Origin: Aplysia californica
Taxonomy: Eukaryota
DNA length: 63,878 nt
NCBI RefSeq assembly: GCF_000002075.1
Contig: NW_004797325.1
Span: 800,550-864,427, forward strand
Direction of reading: 5' to 3'
The notes under the pieces were generated by a model that had not been told where the DNA came from, made no database searches, and saw only the letters and a program-made list of their open reading frames with translations. A program made the translations under genes and the position numbers. Below are positions 1 to 12,200 of the stretch, one piece after another (within the stretch, counting starts at the first letter, position 1; each line of letters starts with the position of its first letter).

Positions 1-704
1 AGTGTGTGTAAGTGTGTAAGAAAGATATAAAATTTAAAATAAATGATAATTTTATGCATTACAAAGGAAGTTAAATCTACCAAAGTGGTCATCCGTACTA
101 ATGGCCACCGTTCCGTGACGCTCTTGCATTTTTCCTATATTTTAAAACTGTATTTACCGGTCATTGTCCAACAAGCCATTTTCGTAACACGACGAGTTGG
201 CCTCGAAACCTGCTTAAAGCACTCACTTGCTTCAAAAGTGTTTGACCAACCATCTTAAGAATAAGTGTGTACGTTCAGTCAATGCTAAGTAGCTTCTATG
301 CAATATAACAAGTTGGATAGAAATGAATTGGAAAGATAGAATAAAGATTTCAGATTTTTAATTATCTGTTGGGTTTGTCAAGTCTAGTTAGTGACCATTA
401 CTCAGACCCTGTCCATCGTGGCCACCTATCGATAATGGTCAATTTTATGTGTGATCTTGAGTGACAGTAATAGACAAGTTTGACTGAATACTATTTGAAT
501 TTTACTGCGGTCTTACTTCAGCACAGATACCTCGTCTTGCCACAAAAGTTTGTCTCATTCTTCAACTTCAACCTGTACACATACCCTCCCCCCTCTTCAC
601 CCATGGTTCTTGCCTTTTCTGTATAGTTTTAATTTGTAGCATGCTTCTTTTATTGTATAACTTTAAAAAACCCACACACATCCATTCATTTTCAAGCCCA
701 AATT

Positions 705-706
<2 letters not shown>

Positions 707-765
<59 letters not shown>
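707..765. repeat. (CT)n microsatellite
   Basis: Read directly. Confidence 0.98.
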
Positions 766-767
<2 letters not shown>

Positions 768-953
768 CGTCTCCATCTCTCTGGTCTGTAACATAGCACG
801 ACGCTACCGAAAGAGAAAAAGTGACATTGTAGTGTGTCAAGGAAACACAGTTTTGTATTCGTTTATAATAACGATATGCAGGGGAAGACACTCTGATTAC
901 CTCATTGTTCTGTGCAGATTTGAGGGCGACAAGTGCACATCAGACAATGAAAC

Positions 954-1015
954 TTGTGAGTGAGGTTGTGGGGGAGGTTGTGAGGGAGGTTGCGAGGGGG
1001 GTTGTGAGGGAGAGG
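954..1015. repeat. 12-bp G-rich tandem repeat (GGTTGTGAGGGA)n
   Basis: About 5 degenerate units. Confidence 0.8.
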
Positions 1016-1349
1016 TGGACATCTTGAACAATATCATTATAGTAAGGGANNNNNNNNNNNNNNNNNNNNNNNNNNNNNNNNNNNNNNNNNNNNNNNNNNN
1101 NNNNNNNNNNNNNNNNNNNNNNNNNNNNNNNNNNNNNNNNNNNNNNNNNACACACACACAAATACACAAAAGAAACATACACCCACTCACAAAAACCTCA
1201 CACACACANNNNNNNNNNNNNNNNNNNNNNNNNNNNNNNNNNNNNNNNNNNNNNNNNNNNNNNNNNNNNNNNNNNNNNNNNNNNNNNNNNNNNNNNNNNN
1301 NNNNNNNNNNNNNNNNNNNNNNNNNNNNNNNNNNNNNNNNNNNNCCACA

Positions 1350-1870
1350 AATAGTTCATTCTTGCTCATCCACTGCATGCCCATATTATCCTTTCTAACT
1401 TCATGGCCATCATTTGTTCTTACAAATTCGATGCTTCTTGTATTAAATCCTTGGATTGTTGAACTCTAGTACAATTGTCAGTGTCAGTAATTGGTATCAT
1501 TTGAAATTATAGAGATGATCATCTGCCCATTTATCATAAAGTGTTCATGCACTTATTTTTCAGTTCACAAAAATTCGAGTTTTCAACTGTTCATTTTGAG
1601 ACACTTTGCAGTTTCTCAGTTTGTTGTGAATTCCTCTTTCAATACTTTTTTCCCTGATGAATATGATCTGGAAAAAATTAATGATTTGATTTGAGAATGA
1701 AGATTGTTTTTTCCATCTTTTGATGACCGATTCTTTTCAGAAATATCTTTAATATGTTGAAAGAGGCAAATTTGATTCTTTTATAATTCCTGTACATTAA
1801 GTTTTAAATAACAGGATTTTTTATACTGAATCTGATTTTTATTATGTTATCATGTTAGAACGATAGAGAG
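1350..1870 (-). mobile_element. Possible highly degraded L1/Tx1-type LINE fragment
   Basis: A-rich minus strand with a fragmentary NKLRNCK...FC pattern only. Confidence 0.25.
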
Positions 1871-2550
1871 GTAAATTGTACAGAGAGGTTTCTATGTTTT
1901 TAAATTATTTCCTTTCATGCTCTATATCAGTCTACATATCAAGTAAAGTGTATGTGCGGTGGATGTTGCTACGAGTCAGTACTGATAGAGCTTCTTTTGT
2001 GTACAGTCTAACCTGTGTAAGACGGAAGCGCAAGGGAGCCAGAAAAAAATTCCGTCTTAGACAGGGGAATTTAGGGGGAGATGGAAAGGGTGAGGAAGGG
2101 GGGAGAGTTCAAAGGCCCAGCCGGTGGGATCAAGGATCGCTTGTCTGATCGGCAAGCAACGGTCAAGACTTCACACCTCTCCATTGCTATGACATGCGTC
2201 AGTCTCACTTATCCAATTACCACCAGTGCTTGCCTTTCATAGGACCACTGTTTGACCTATTAAAAAAAGAAACGTTTGAACATCTCGTTTGCTTCCACTC
2301 TTAGCCCCACCCATCGGTGTAACAAGCACAGTCAACCAATGCCACCCCCTCATTACCATCACGTAAAAACGATTCGAGGAACGTTTTTCTCGGTTGGCAT
2401 TGGTAAGTCTATTTCACACCTCTGGCTTCTGGCTACCCAAGAGTTTCCGTAGTGGCTCGGTACTCGAGCACTCTCACAGGCAGTCGTGAGATTTCACACC
2501 CTCACTACCCTGACCATCTGCAGAGCTCAGGGTTCACATGATGGGGTAAC

Positions 2551-2609
2551 ATGTCTAGGGTAACATCTACCCCCAAATTGCACCCGTACTCCCCTTCCTC
2601 GCCCAGCGG
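2551..2609 (+). CDS. Candidate start exon of the SUN gene (MSRVTSTPKLHPYSPSSPS...)
   Basis: ATG followed by an S/P-rich peptide resembling the next exon in composition; runs into an N gap, so no donor is visible. Confidence 0.25.
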
Positions 2610-5600
2610 NNNNNNNNNNNNNNNNNNNNNNNNNNNNNNNNNNNNNNNNNNNNNNNNNNNNNNNNNNNNNNNNNNNNNNNNNNNNNNNNNNNNNNNNNNN
2701 NNNNNNNNNNNNNNNNNNNNNNNNNNNNNNNNNNNNNNNNNNNNNNNNNNNNNNNNNNNNNNNNNNNNNNNNNNNNNNNNNNNNNNNNNNNNNNNNNNNN
2801 NNNNNNNNNNNNNNNNNNNNNNNNNNNNNNNNNNNNNNNNNNNNNNNNNNNNNNNNNNNNNNNNNNNNNNNNNNNNNNNNNNNNNNNNNNNNNNNNNNNN
2901 NNNNNNNNNNNNNNNNNNNNNNNNNNNNNNNNNNNNNNNNNNNNNNNNNNNNNNNNNNNNNNNNNNNNNNNNNNNNNNNNNNNNNNNNNNNNNNNNNNNN
3001 NNNNNNNNNNNNNNNNNNNNNNNNNNNNCCAGACCTCCTCCTCTTCCCTTTATTCAGTGGCACTATAGCTTTCAATGCTTTGCAAAAGGGGAAAACTTTA
3101 AAGTTGTCTGCTTCACTGCTGGTGACAGGAGATTGTTCTTTGTAATGTGGGTTGGTGTAGGCAATGGTTGGTCTTATTTCTTTCCTGTTTCTCTTTAAGT
3201 TCCATTGTTTTGCTTTTCTATATAATATATTATATATAATATCAATGTGTTGACATGCTTCCATTTAATCTACAAACTAAATTGAGATTTCTTTCCTACG
3301 ATGTTTACGGGAATATTTGTACTGTACATTTGGTTAATATTGTGACTTATTGATATTCATAAGGTTAAAAAAGACAAAGCTTAAATTTGTAGCCATGCCA
3401 TTATATCATTTCCAAAAAAAGGCTCAGGTAATTTCAAAATAGCTTCTTGGCTGGGTCTTCCGTTCCATTTATGATCTTAGCCTTCTGGGGATGTACAGTG
3501 CTAGAACCTATGAAGCACATACTGCTAGCTTTTACACAGTTCAACCCTTTACCTACAGAGAGTGAACAAAGAGTAGAAACATCCTTGAATAATTTCCTAA
3601 GTGGGTTGGGTTTTTTTGTTTGTTTGGGAATAACACAGTAATAGAGGCATAGTTGTGTCATTTCAAAGGCTGTGTAATTGGCTCAGTGGTTAAAAAGGAA
3701 GCTATTATAAAGAAAAAAGACTGAGACGATAACCCAAACGAATATCATGCATCTGCTTGATCAAAGTAAAGAGGTTTGTATAGATGTTATTTCATCTTTA
3801 GAGGGGTTACTGCTCCAGCTGATGTGCAGTGGGCTTGCCTGTCAGTGGAAGTGGGAGAGAGGGAGACAAGAAGGTAAAGACAGGGCAGTTTGACTTTGAA
3901 CTTTTTGTCAGTATACTGAAGGTTTTGAGCTGAACGTCTTGTATTGCGAGTTCTGTGTTCACCATTATCATCATTCTAGTCATCACAAAATCTAGGTGTA
4001 GTTTAAAGCATTGTGTATTTTTCCAGCTCACAAAGATGCTGAGGGGGTAAGAAAGTGCTTGAGTTGTCACTCAGATACGTTTGACCACTAACTGTTGTGC
4101 ATAAACTTGAATGTACATTCTTTGCAAAATTTCCCTCCCCGCGGTTGTCTGTGTGAGCGCCGGAAAACGCCTTCATGCAATAAATCTCAGATGTTTGGTA
4201 GGCTGAATTGACTGAAATTTTTTTGTTTTTTTCTTGTGGCCAGCCTTCAGTTTATTCACTCGGTGAGCATTGGCTTTTCTTGATCAGTTGCTGCTGCAAT
4301 GAGTTGGTTTTTGTTTTCCTGTTTTGTTCCTGTTGTTGATGTTTCTGGTAGCCCTCAAGTGGTTGATGGTACAGAGTGTCTTGTGTGGCCCTGTGTTGCC
4401 TCGGACTGGCTTCTCTAGGTGTGGTCGGGGCACTGGGACACTTCCTTTTGTGTGTCCCTTTTCCACTTCCTTTTGTGTGTCCCTTGCTTAGACTAGTGAG
4501 TGCAATGCCCACCTGAAGTTTAGTCTAAGGTCCCAGCTCTCAGATAACTAAACTACTTTGTTGTTTACTTTCCTCCACCTCCTCCCCCTCCCCAACCCCT
4601 CCTCTGTCCTTCTCTCTTTCTGTCTTTCTATCTCTTCCTCTTTCTCATCATTTCTCTCTTTCTCTTTCTTTTTTTTTCTGCCACTGTGTAAATATTAACC
4701 AGGGTCTACTAATGGGACTGATCTCTTTCAAAAGGCCAATGTGACTTTATGTTTTCTACTCTCATATTTTGAAACATGATTGACATGAGTCTCTTTCTCT
4801 GGTCAGCCATTTCAAAGGTCGTATCTCACTTTTTCGTTACTGTAGCAGGGACAAAATGTTCACTTGAGCATGTTAGCAGTAAAATCATAATGCTAAATCA
4901 GTGAGAGGCTTGGACGGAAGAGGCCTGGGTCAGGGGAATTACATATGTGCTCATGAGGGCTTGATGAATGGTGGAGGAGAGCGCACTTCTACTGACAGGG
5001 TCAAATTTCCCCTGATGCGGTATTAAAAACATGTTTCTTTGTTGTTTTCTTTGAAAATTTAATTTTCCATCTTTCTTCCATTAAAGGGCATATGATTTTG
5101 TGTGCACTTTGTCATTTTATTCTTTCAACCGAGTACGAAAGTGAGGGTCTGAATTTTTAAAGGTAAAGCACTTACATGTGCTGGGGGGGAAAAACCATTT
5201 TCAATAAAAGTGCTGTTAGCTCGTTTGCTCTTTCATAAACTTCAATTTCAAATTATTTTGTTCCCATTAAAATTCTGTATGAATAGATAGTAGTAAGAGG
5301 TGTAGCCTACATGTTTGTACCTGTCCACAAAACATCATGACTAGTGTAAGATTGAAAACGATAATCTCTCATTACAGCGAAAGTGAAAAAGAGAGTAAGT
5401 AAATTTCCGTGGACTAACTCATTTGGTTTTGAGAATTTTCTTTTGCTATATTTGGCATGAGCCTCCTAACTGAAGCTTCAGAAGTTTGTTAAAAATTTGC
5501 TCTTGGTTTTTCGCTTGCTAAACTCTTGACCCTGCATCTTTCACCTGCTGGTTTCTCTTTCCACCATGAGACATGGGTCATGATCACAGAACACAGTGCT

Positions 5601-6836
5601 GACCCCCTACTGCATTCTGCCTGACACATACTCTTCCGGTGCCTGTTTTATATTACTATATTAGTACTGTGCTTTATAGTTCGTTTTTACTTGGAGACTT
5701 TATTCATGTCCTTTATTAAATCTTGCTCATAAATGAAAAGAAAGGGTATTTTTTGGCCTATTGTTGTATTTTATAGGATGTACCCATTTCTTTGACCATA
5801 TTTTTACATGATTAGAGATTTTTTAAGTTTTAGGTTGAATTTCGTCCCAATCAATCCCCCCCCCCCCCATACCTCATGGCGGCCTTGTTTCCCTCCTTTT
5901 TTTTTAAAGATAATTTTTCCCTGTATGAATAGTTAAAGCTAGATCTGCTTTGGCTAACTTTAGGTAACTTCTCTATGGAAGGCATAAAGATTTAAGTGAC
6001 AATACTTTAATTTTAATGATTAATCACGTTGACTGACACTCTTAAAACGCAGGCTTTTTCACGCTTCGTTTTTCCTGTATTTGTCCTGGTTTGACATATT
6101 GTCTGGCAGGACTTTAGTTTCTCTTTTGAGCTTTACTACTAACAAGTCGACCCACTGAATGCCCGCTTTGTTGACCCTTTGACCCTTGCTGTCTCCACTG
6201 GCCATTGGTCTCCAGACAACATGCACAATAATGAATGAAATGATATTGGATGCAAGGATATTGAATGCAACACTAGTTTAGGATGAATAATCTCGGGGGG
6301 ACTGCATGGCATCTGGCAAATGTATGAGTGAGTGGGGGGTTTGAGTTGTTTCGTTGTACAGTCGCGCAATGGTTTTTAGAATTGTATTTTACAGTCATGA
6401 TTTTATTCACACAAACACACACTTACTAACCAGTTATCCAAGTAAGTAAACACACGCTTACATGGACGTACACACATAGATGCACGCGCGCACATGCATA
6501 TACACACACACACATGAATACATACTGTTTTTTGTTGTTGTCACATGTATGCGTTNNNNNNNNNNNNNNNNNNNNNNNNNNNNNNNNNNNNNNNNNNNNN
6601 NNNNNNNNNNNNNNNNNNNNNNNNNNNNNNNNNNNNNNNNNNNNNNNNNNNNNNNNNNNNNNNNNNNNNNNNNNNNNNNNNNNNNNNNNNNNNNNNNNNN
6701 NNNNNNNNNNNNNNNNNNNNNNNNNNNNNNNNNNNNNNNNNNNNNNNNATACTTCATGAGAGACACAGAGGATAACGGAATGCCAATCAGACTGTGAGAG
6801 GAAAGCCGGACATCAACAAAAATTGAAGCATTTGGA

Positions 6837-6964
6837 CCAACCTCTTCTGTGGTTGATGTATACAGTGACCAACCTCTTCTGTGGTTGATGCATACAGTGA
6901 CCAACCTCTTCTGTGGTTGATGCATACAGTGACCAACCTCTTCTGTGGTTGATGCATACAGTGA
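6837..6964. repeat. 4 x 32-bp minisatellite CCAACCTCTTCTGTGGTTGATGCATACAGTGA
   Basis: Head-to-tail units at 6837, 6869, 6901, 6933. Confidence 0.95.
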
Positions 6965-9151
6965 CCAGCCTTTGTCATCAGCACCATATATATGCCATGG
7001 AATTTCTTTCTTTTTTTTCTTCTCCTTAGTAGTGACCACCTAGTTACTTAACGAAAATACTGTTGACTGACGATTGCTGTTGTCCCCGTCGGAACTATTT
7101 TCTTCCTTTCAGTTAGTTACCTATTTTTACTAGTTTTTTTTTATCTCTTCATTTTTTTAGTTAGGATTCCTTCTTAGCACTGTTGACTGATCTTTTTTCT
7201 ATGAGCCAGTGAGTCTGGTAAACTGTAGTGCTTTATTGTATAACTTTGTTATTTGCTCTTTATTTATGATTGAAAATCAAAGTTACATTGTGGCTGTTTG
7301 CCCAATTAAGTTTTTGAATATTTTATTTATGTATACTCATTCATTAATGATGTCCATGGTGAGCTCTCCTGAGAGTTATGAGTGTTTTAAAAAACAACAG
7401 CTTTAGCACCCTACCAGACACATATGTCTTATTTAAGCTTTGGAGTTCAAGTGTGTTGTCCAGCCAATAGAGGGTTACTCCTCCTGCTGATATGTAGTGT
7501 GTTTATTATTTTTTAAACAGAGTAGAAACATGTTATAAATAGGTATGTGAACAGCTCTTGTACTAGATGAACTAGATTAAGTTCTGTGCTGAAGGGGAAG
7601 GGCGGTGATTGGCCACTGTGAAGTGCGTCAAGTGTATGATTCAGTGGGACTGAGTAGATTAGGGGAGAGGCCCATGCAGCGTAGGCAGACATACAAAACA
7701 ACTGAATGTTTCAGCAGCTCTGCCTAAAGGTTTGACAGAAATGTAAGTTAAGCTTAGAAAATACTATTTCTTTGTTATTTCTATCTGCTTGGCTCTTACT
7801 GCAGAATTTCAGAATGTTGTCTTACTACACAAAAATTTTATTTTTTTGTAACAATTTTAAAAGAAGGAATATTGTGTAATATCTGGAGCATAACTGTCAT
7901 ATCACTTTTTCACTGCAAATGCTTACACATAGTAAAAAAAAATTTTTAATGCATGTGAAAAATATCACTTGAGTTCCTTCTGTATCATACTACTTTGACT
8001 TGCCAACACTTGTACTGTACTTATTATAATATATTGTACACAGTGTCGTATGATATGGGAGTGTAACATATATGAGACAGAAGCATGCAAGCTGCCCTGC
8101 TGATTATATCAAGGGATGTCTGCCCTGGTCATGTACAGTATCATCTCTAACCTTCCACTGACAACAGTGCTGTTACATTCCCTCCTTCCTTTCGTGTTGT
8201 TCTGACAATGTGTCCGATATTTGCTAATAGTACCTCTTTCCTGTGACTACCGAGGGTGGCGTCTCCGTTTCCTACCCCTATATGAAGTGCATGCTGGTCT
8301 TGCTTCTATCTAACTTTGCGTACATGGCCTCTGTGGGGGCTCCTGTATGGAACCACTTCCCTAAAACTTGGAAATAATTGCGATATTTTCCCTTGTGTAA
8401 TGCTGAAGAATGCCCATTAGGTCTCGATCAGGTCATAGAATAAGGTTCTTGTTTCAGGTAAAGAGTTTAAAAAGTTGCAAATATGATAACAATTTGGATG
8501 TGTTCATTCATGCCTTGATTTTACCCAGAGTATTTGTACAATGTGAAAACGTGTTCCCAAAACAGCAAAATGTCAACCCTAATTTCTTCTCCACTCAGAA
8601 CATTACACAATTACTTAGATGTGAGCTAAAAAATTCACCATATTTTGACCATACACCATATGTACTTGTTTTTTTAGTTATTGTGATATTTTAAAAATGT
8701 ATGTGTGTTTCTTTGGTGAAAGTGAACTCCATAAAACGAAAATTAGTCCTTTATTCATAATAAAAAAATAATATGTTAGTATTTTATTTTTTAGCAGTAA
8801 GACACAGAAGTTGTGATAAAGAAGGTTATTATTTTAGTTTCATAAAGTGACGTTATCGTTGCTTTTTCTCATAATTTCATCAAGTCTGTACTGTTACTGT
8901 GTGTAGCATTTTGTTGGTATTGGGTAAACATGTATACGCTTGATTTATGCTCAGATTAGTATGTCGTGTACAGCTATATCCCCCTATCCCGCCAGAATTT
9001 TTTTCTTGAGTTATTAGGCCTTGTTTAGAGAGGTTTGTATTTGAAAAGCAAAGACTGTGAAATTCTTTGAGTCACAAGTTGTGTCATTGTTTAGCGTTCT
9101 TTCTTTATAGTATACTGATTGTTTGCTGTTGTTTTCTTTCCCAACACTCAG

Positions 9152-9286
9152 AATTTCTCCGTCTCCCAGCAGTCACCAAGGGACACCATCTAGACTCAGT
9201 TCACAGGACGAGCGATTGAGGACATCTTTCTCGGAGATTGGTGGCCTCAGCTTTGAGGAAGTCACCCGTGACGAGATAGATGACAT
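9152..9286 (+). CDS. SUN1: SUN exon (ISPSPSSHQGTPSRLSSQDERLRTSFSEIGGLSFEEVTRDEIDD)
   Basis: Pyrimidine tract + CAG; GTAAGT donor; open frame, phase 2-2, joins the next exon in frame. Confidence 0.7.
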
Positions 9287-12200
9287 GTAAGTGGATTTGT
9301 GGCTTGGTGTGTTTGCCCGTATGTATGTAAGTTTGTATGAGTGTGCCTGTGAGTGTGTGTAAGTGTGTCTATGTGCTTTTTGCTCAGAGTGTATACCTAG
9401 TGTGTGAACAGGAGATTTTCTATTATTTTCTTTCTTACCCATGCATGAACTACAATGGCTAAGGCTAGTTTCAATAATATGAGCCCAATCCTGAAAAATA
9501 GAAACATCTCAATGAACACCAAAATGAAAGTCCTGAAATGCTATGTTTGGTCAACCCTTCTATATGGCTGTGAATGCTGGACAATCACTAAAGACAGTGA
9601 AAATAAAATAGAAGCAACAGAAATGTGGTTTCTTAGGAGACTGCTAAGAGTATCACGGAAGGAAAAGAAATCAAATGAGGTAGTGCTTGATGAAGCCCAC
9701 GTGGGACGCTCAATGTTAAAAACAATCAGGAAATGACAAATGCAGTTTTTGGGACACCTGAATAGACATAAGGGTTTTGAACATCTAGCTCTCACTGGCA
9801 AAATTGAGGGCAAGCGAGGCAGGGGTAGGCCCAGAACAACATACTTAGGGAACCTAAAGAAATGGGTAACAGGAAAAGATCAGGGAAACGTAGCTTTTTT
9901 GAGAGCATCCGAGCAAAGGAATGAATGGAAAACCATGATCGCCGATGTCTGTCGCAGATCTGGCACTGGATGATGATGACCCATGCATAGCCGAAAGGGC
10001 CAACATAATTTAGGAGGGGAATACAAACAAATATGTGCTATTATTCTTATTATGTTTCTTCAAACCAAACATGTTTTTAGGTCTGAGATTTCTCTCCTAT
10101 ATGGTTAATGAATTTGAGAAATTCTTTTGGTTGGTATAATTTTTTTTGTTTTAATGGTAGGAAAGTAGAAATTTAGTGTGGGAGATCAACTTTTCCTACA
10201 ATGAGAGTGTGAAGGATTCTTTTAAAGTGTTTATAGTAGGGTATATGTTCGTAAGAAGAGAAAGTGATTGAATTCAGATGTCACCTATTCTGAAAACATT
10301 GTCTTTGTGTCAATTGTACATTGTTTTCTTTAGTCTTACCAAAACGATAATGTGGGATAGAGCATACATAACATTCAAAATGTTTCTGTTTCTTAATGAT
10401 TCTTATGTTTGGTTTGAAATCATGATGAGTAAAAAACTATTTTTTGACTGTGTTAACTTAAATTATAATTGCAGTGTAATGAGATGATTTTATTTATCTA
10501 TAACATTTTCCACAACAGCAGTTTTGTAATACAGAAGAATAACCAGGATATACATGGATGAATTTTTTAAAATTATTCATTTATTTTTTTTACTTTCCTG
10601 TCTGGTTTCCTCAGATTACCAAAGACAGAGTACACATATGCAAGAACGTAAGTCAGTACATTCACTTGTGTATGTGTTCTACCTACTATACCGTATTTTG
10701 TGCCTGGTTTCAGTGTTACTATCAGTTGCTTTAGAGAAACTAAACCTTGTGGACTCCTTTCAGTTTGCTTTGTCTTAAGTTTTTTCAAGAACTATATATT
10801 ACTTCTTCTAGTATATGAAGGAGAAAAAATAAAATACTTTGACCTTCTCAGATGATTTTATTTTTATTGCATTGAATCAGTAATTTGTTTCCTTGGAATT
10901 TTTGTTGCTCTTATTGTTTTTGCATGGGTCTGACACCTTACTAGAAACAAGTAATCAGGTTTTTTTATTGTCAGCTCTGTTTAGTTGATAATTTTCTTTT
11001 GCATCCTCTCTCTGTGCCCCTCTCCCCACGTGTTTTTGCATTCTAGAGCTTCGTACAGTCCCAAGTTCCTAAGACAAAAGCGCTACAGAAGTCCCAATAT
11101 GTCACGGAGGAGAGTTCATGGTGCTCTTCCCTCCTTCATCAGTGATGACGAGGATGACTTTGAAGAAGATATGGACAATGAGGCAGTCATGACATCAAAT
11201 GTTAGGCTTGTTCTGCCTGATGATCAGGTAATTTATGCTCTGAACTTTTAAGAAGGTGGTTCCTCTATAAGCTGTTCCCTGTTCACTTTTTTCCTTTCCT
11301 TTCATTTTCTTTCCTTTCCCTTCCTTTTCCTTTCTTTCCCTTCGTTTCCTCTCCTCTCTTTTCATCTCCTTTACTCTCCTTTCATTTCTTCTTATTTCCT
11401 TTTTTCTCCTTTCCTTTCTTTCCTTTCCTTTTCTTCCCTTCCATTCCCTTTCCTTTATTTTCTGGTCTTCATGATTACTTTCCTTTTCTCCCTTTTCTTT
11501 TCCTTTCCTTTTCTTTACCTTACCTTCCTTTGTGTTATTTTACTTTTCTTTTCTGTGCTTTATTTTCTTTTTCTTTTCTTGTTTATTTGTAACTTTTATT
11601 TGTTTTACCACTCTTTTTTTTTTACTTGTAGTTGCTTTACCATAAGTGTTTACTTAAGACTGCTTATTTTGACCTTCTCCAGATCTCTCGCGGCAGCTCG
11701 TCAGACTACACTGACTCGTTGGGCGTTCCGCAGCATCGTGGGAGAGCCCGAGGCAGGAGTCTGGCCTTCACCTCTACACCCATCACACCGCATGATGATC
11801 ACCACATCTCCAGTGAGTGTTGGCATACATGAATGAGTAATAACTATTCTGTTATCGTGTGTCTGTGTTTGCGTAAAAGATTATCAGCATTGTGACAGTT
11901 AAGCTTGTTGGAATCAAACATTGATGTCTTTGATCCTGTGAATGTGGGTACCTGATGTGGAAAGATTGAGATTGAATGATGTGACTGTTGTCATGGGAAA
12001 GTTGATGGAGAAAAGGGGCTTATGTAGTTTCTGAGGTGATTTATTTTTTCTAGCTAAGAGACAGATCTAGTGATTTGGCTTACGTTTCATTTTTTAGTCC
12101 TCAGTGTTTTAAAAAAATATTTTTCTCTTCAATGCAAACAAGTGTAAGAAAGAGTCAGAGATTGAGAGTTACAATGTATTATCTCTATAATCATCTTTTG

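Noticed and set aside
6837-6964. 32-bp repeats as CRISPR
   Set aside because: Head-to-tail with no spacers; an ordinary minisatellite.
9455-9973. Independent protein-coding gene
   Set aside because: 5'-truncated RTE LINE with an internal stop, tail and TSD.
11471-11836. Hydrophobic 121-aa membrane-protein ORF
   Set aside because: Translation of an intronic polypyrimidine tract; the real exon is in another frame.
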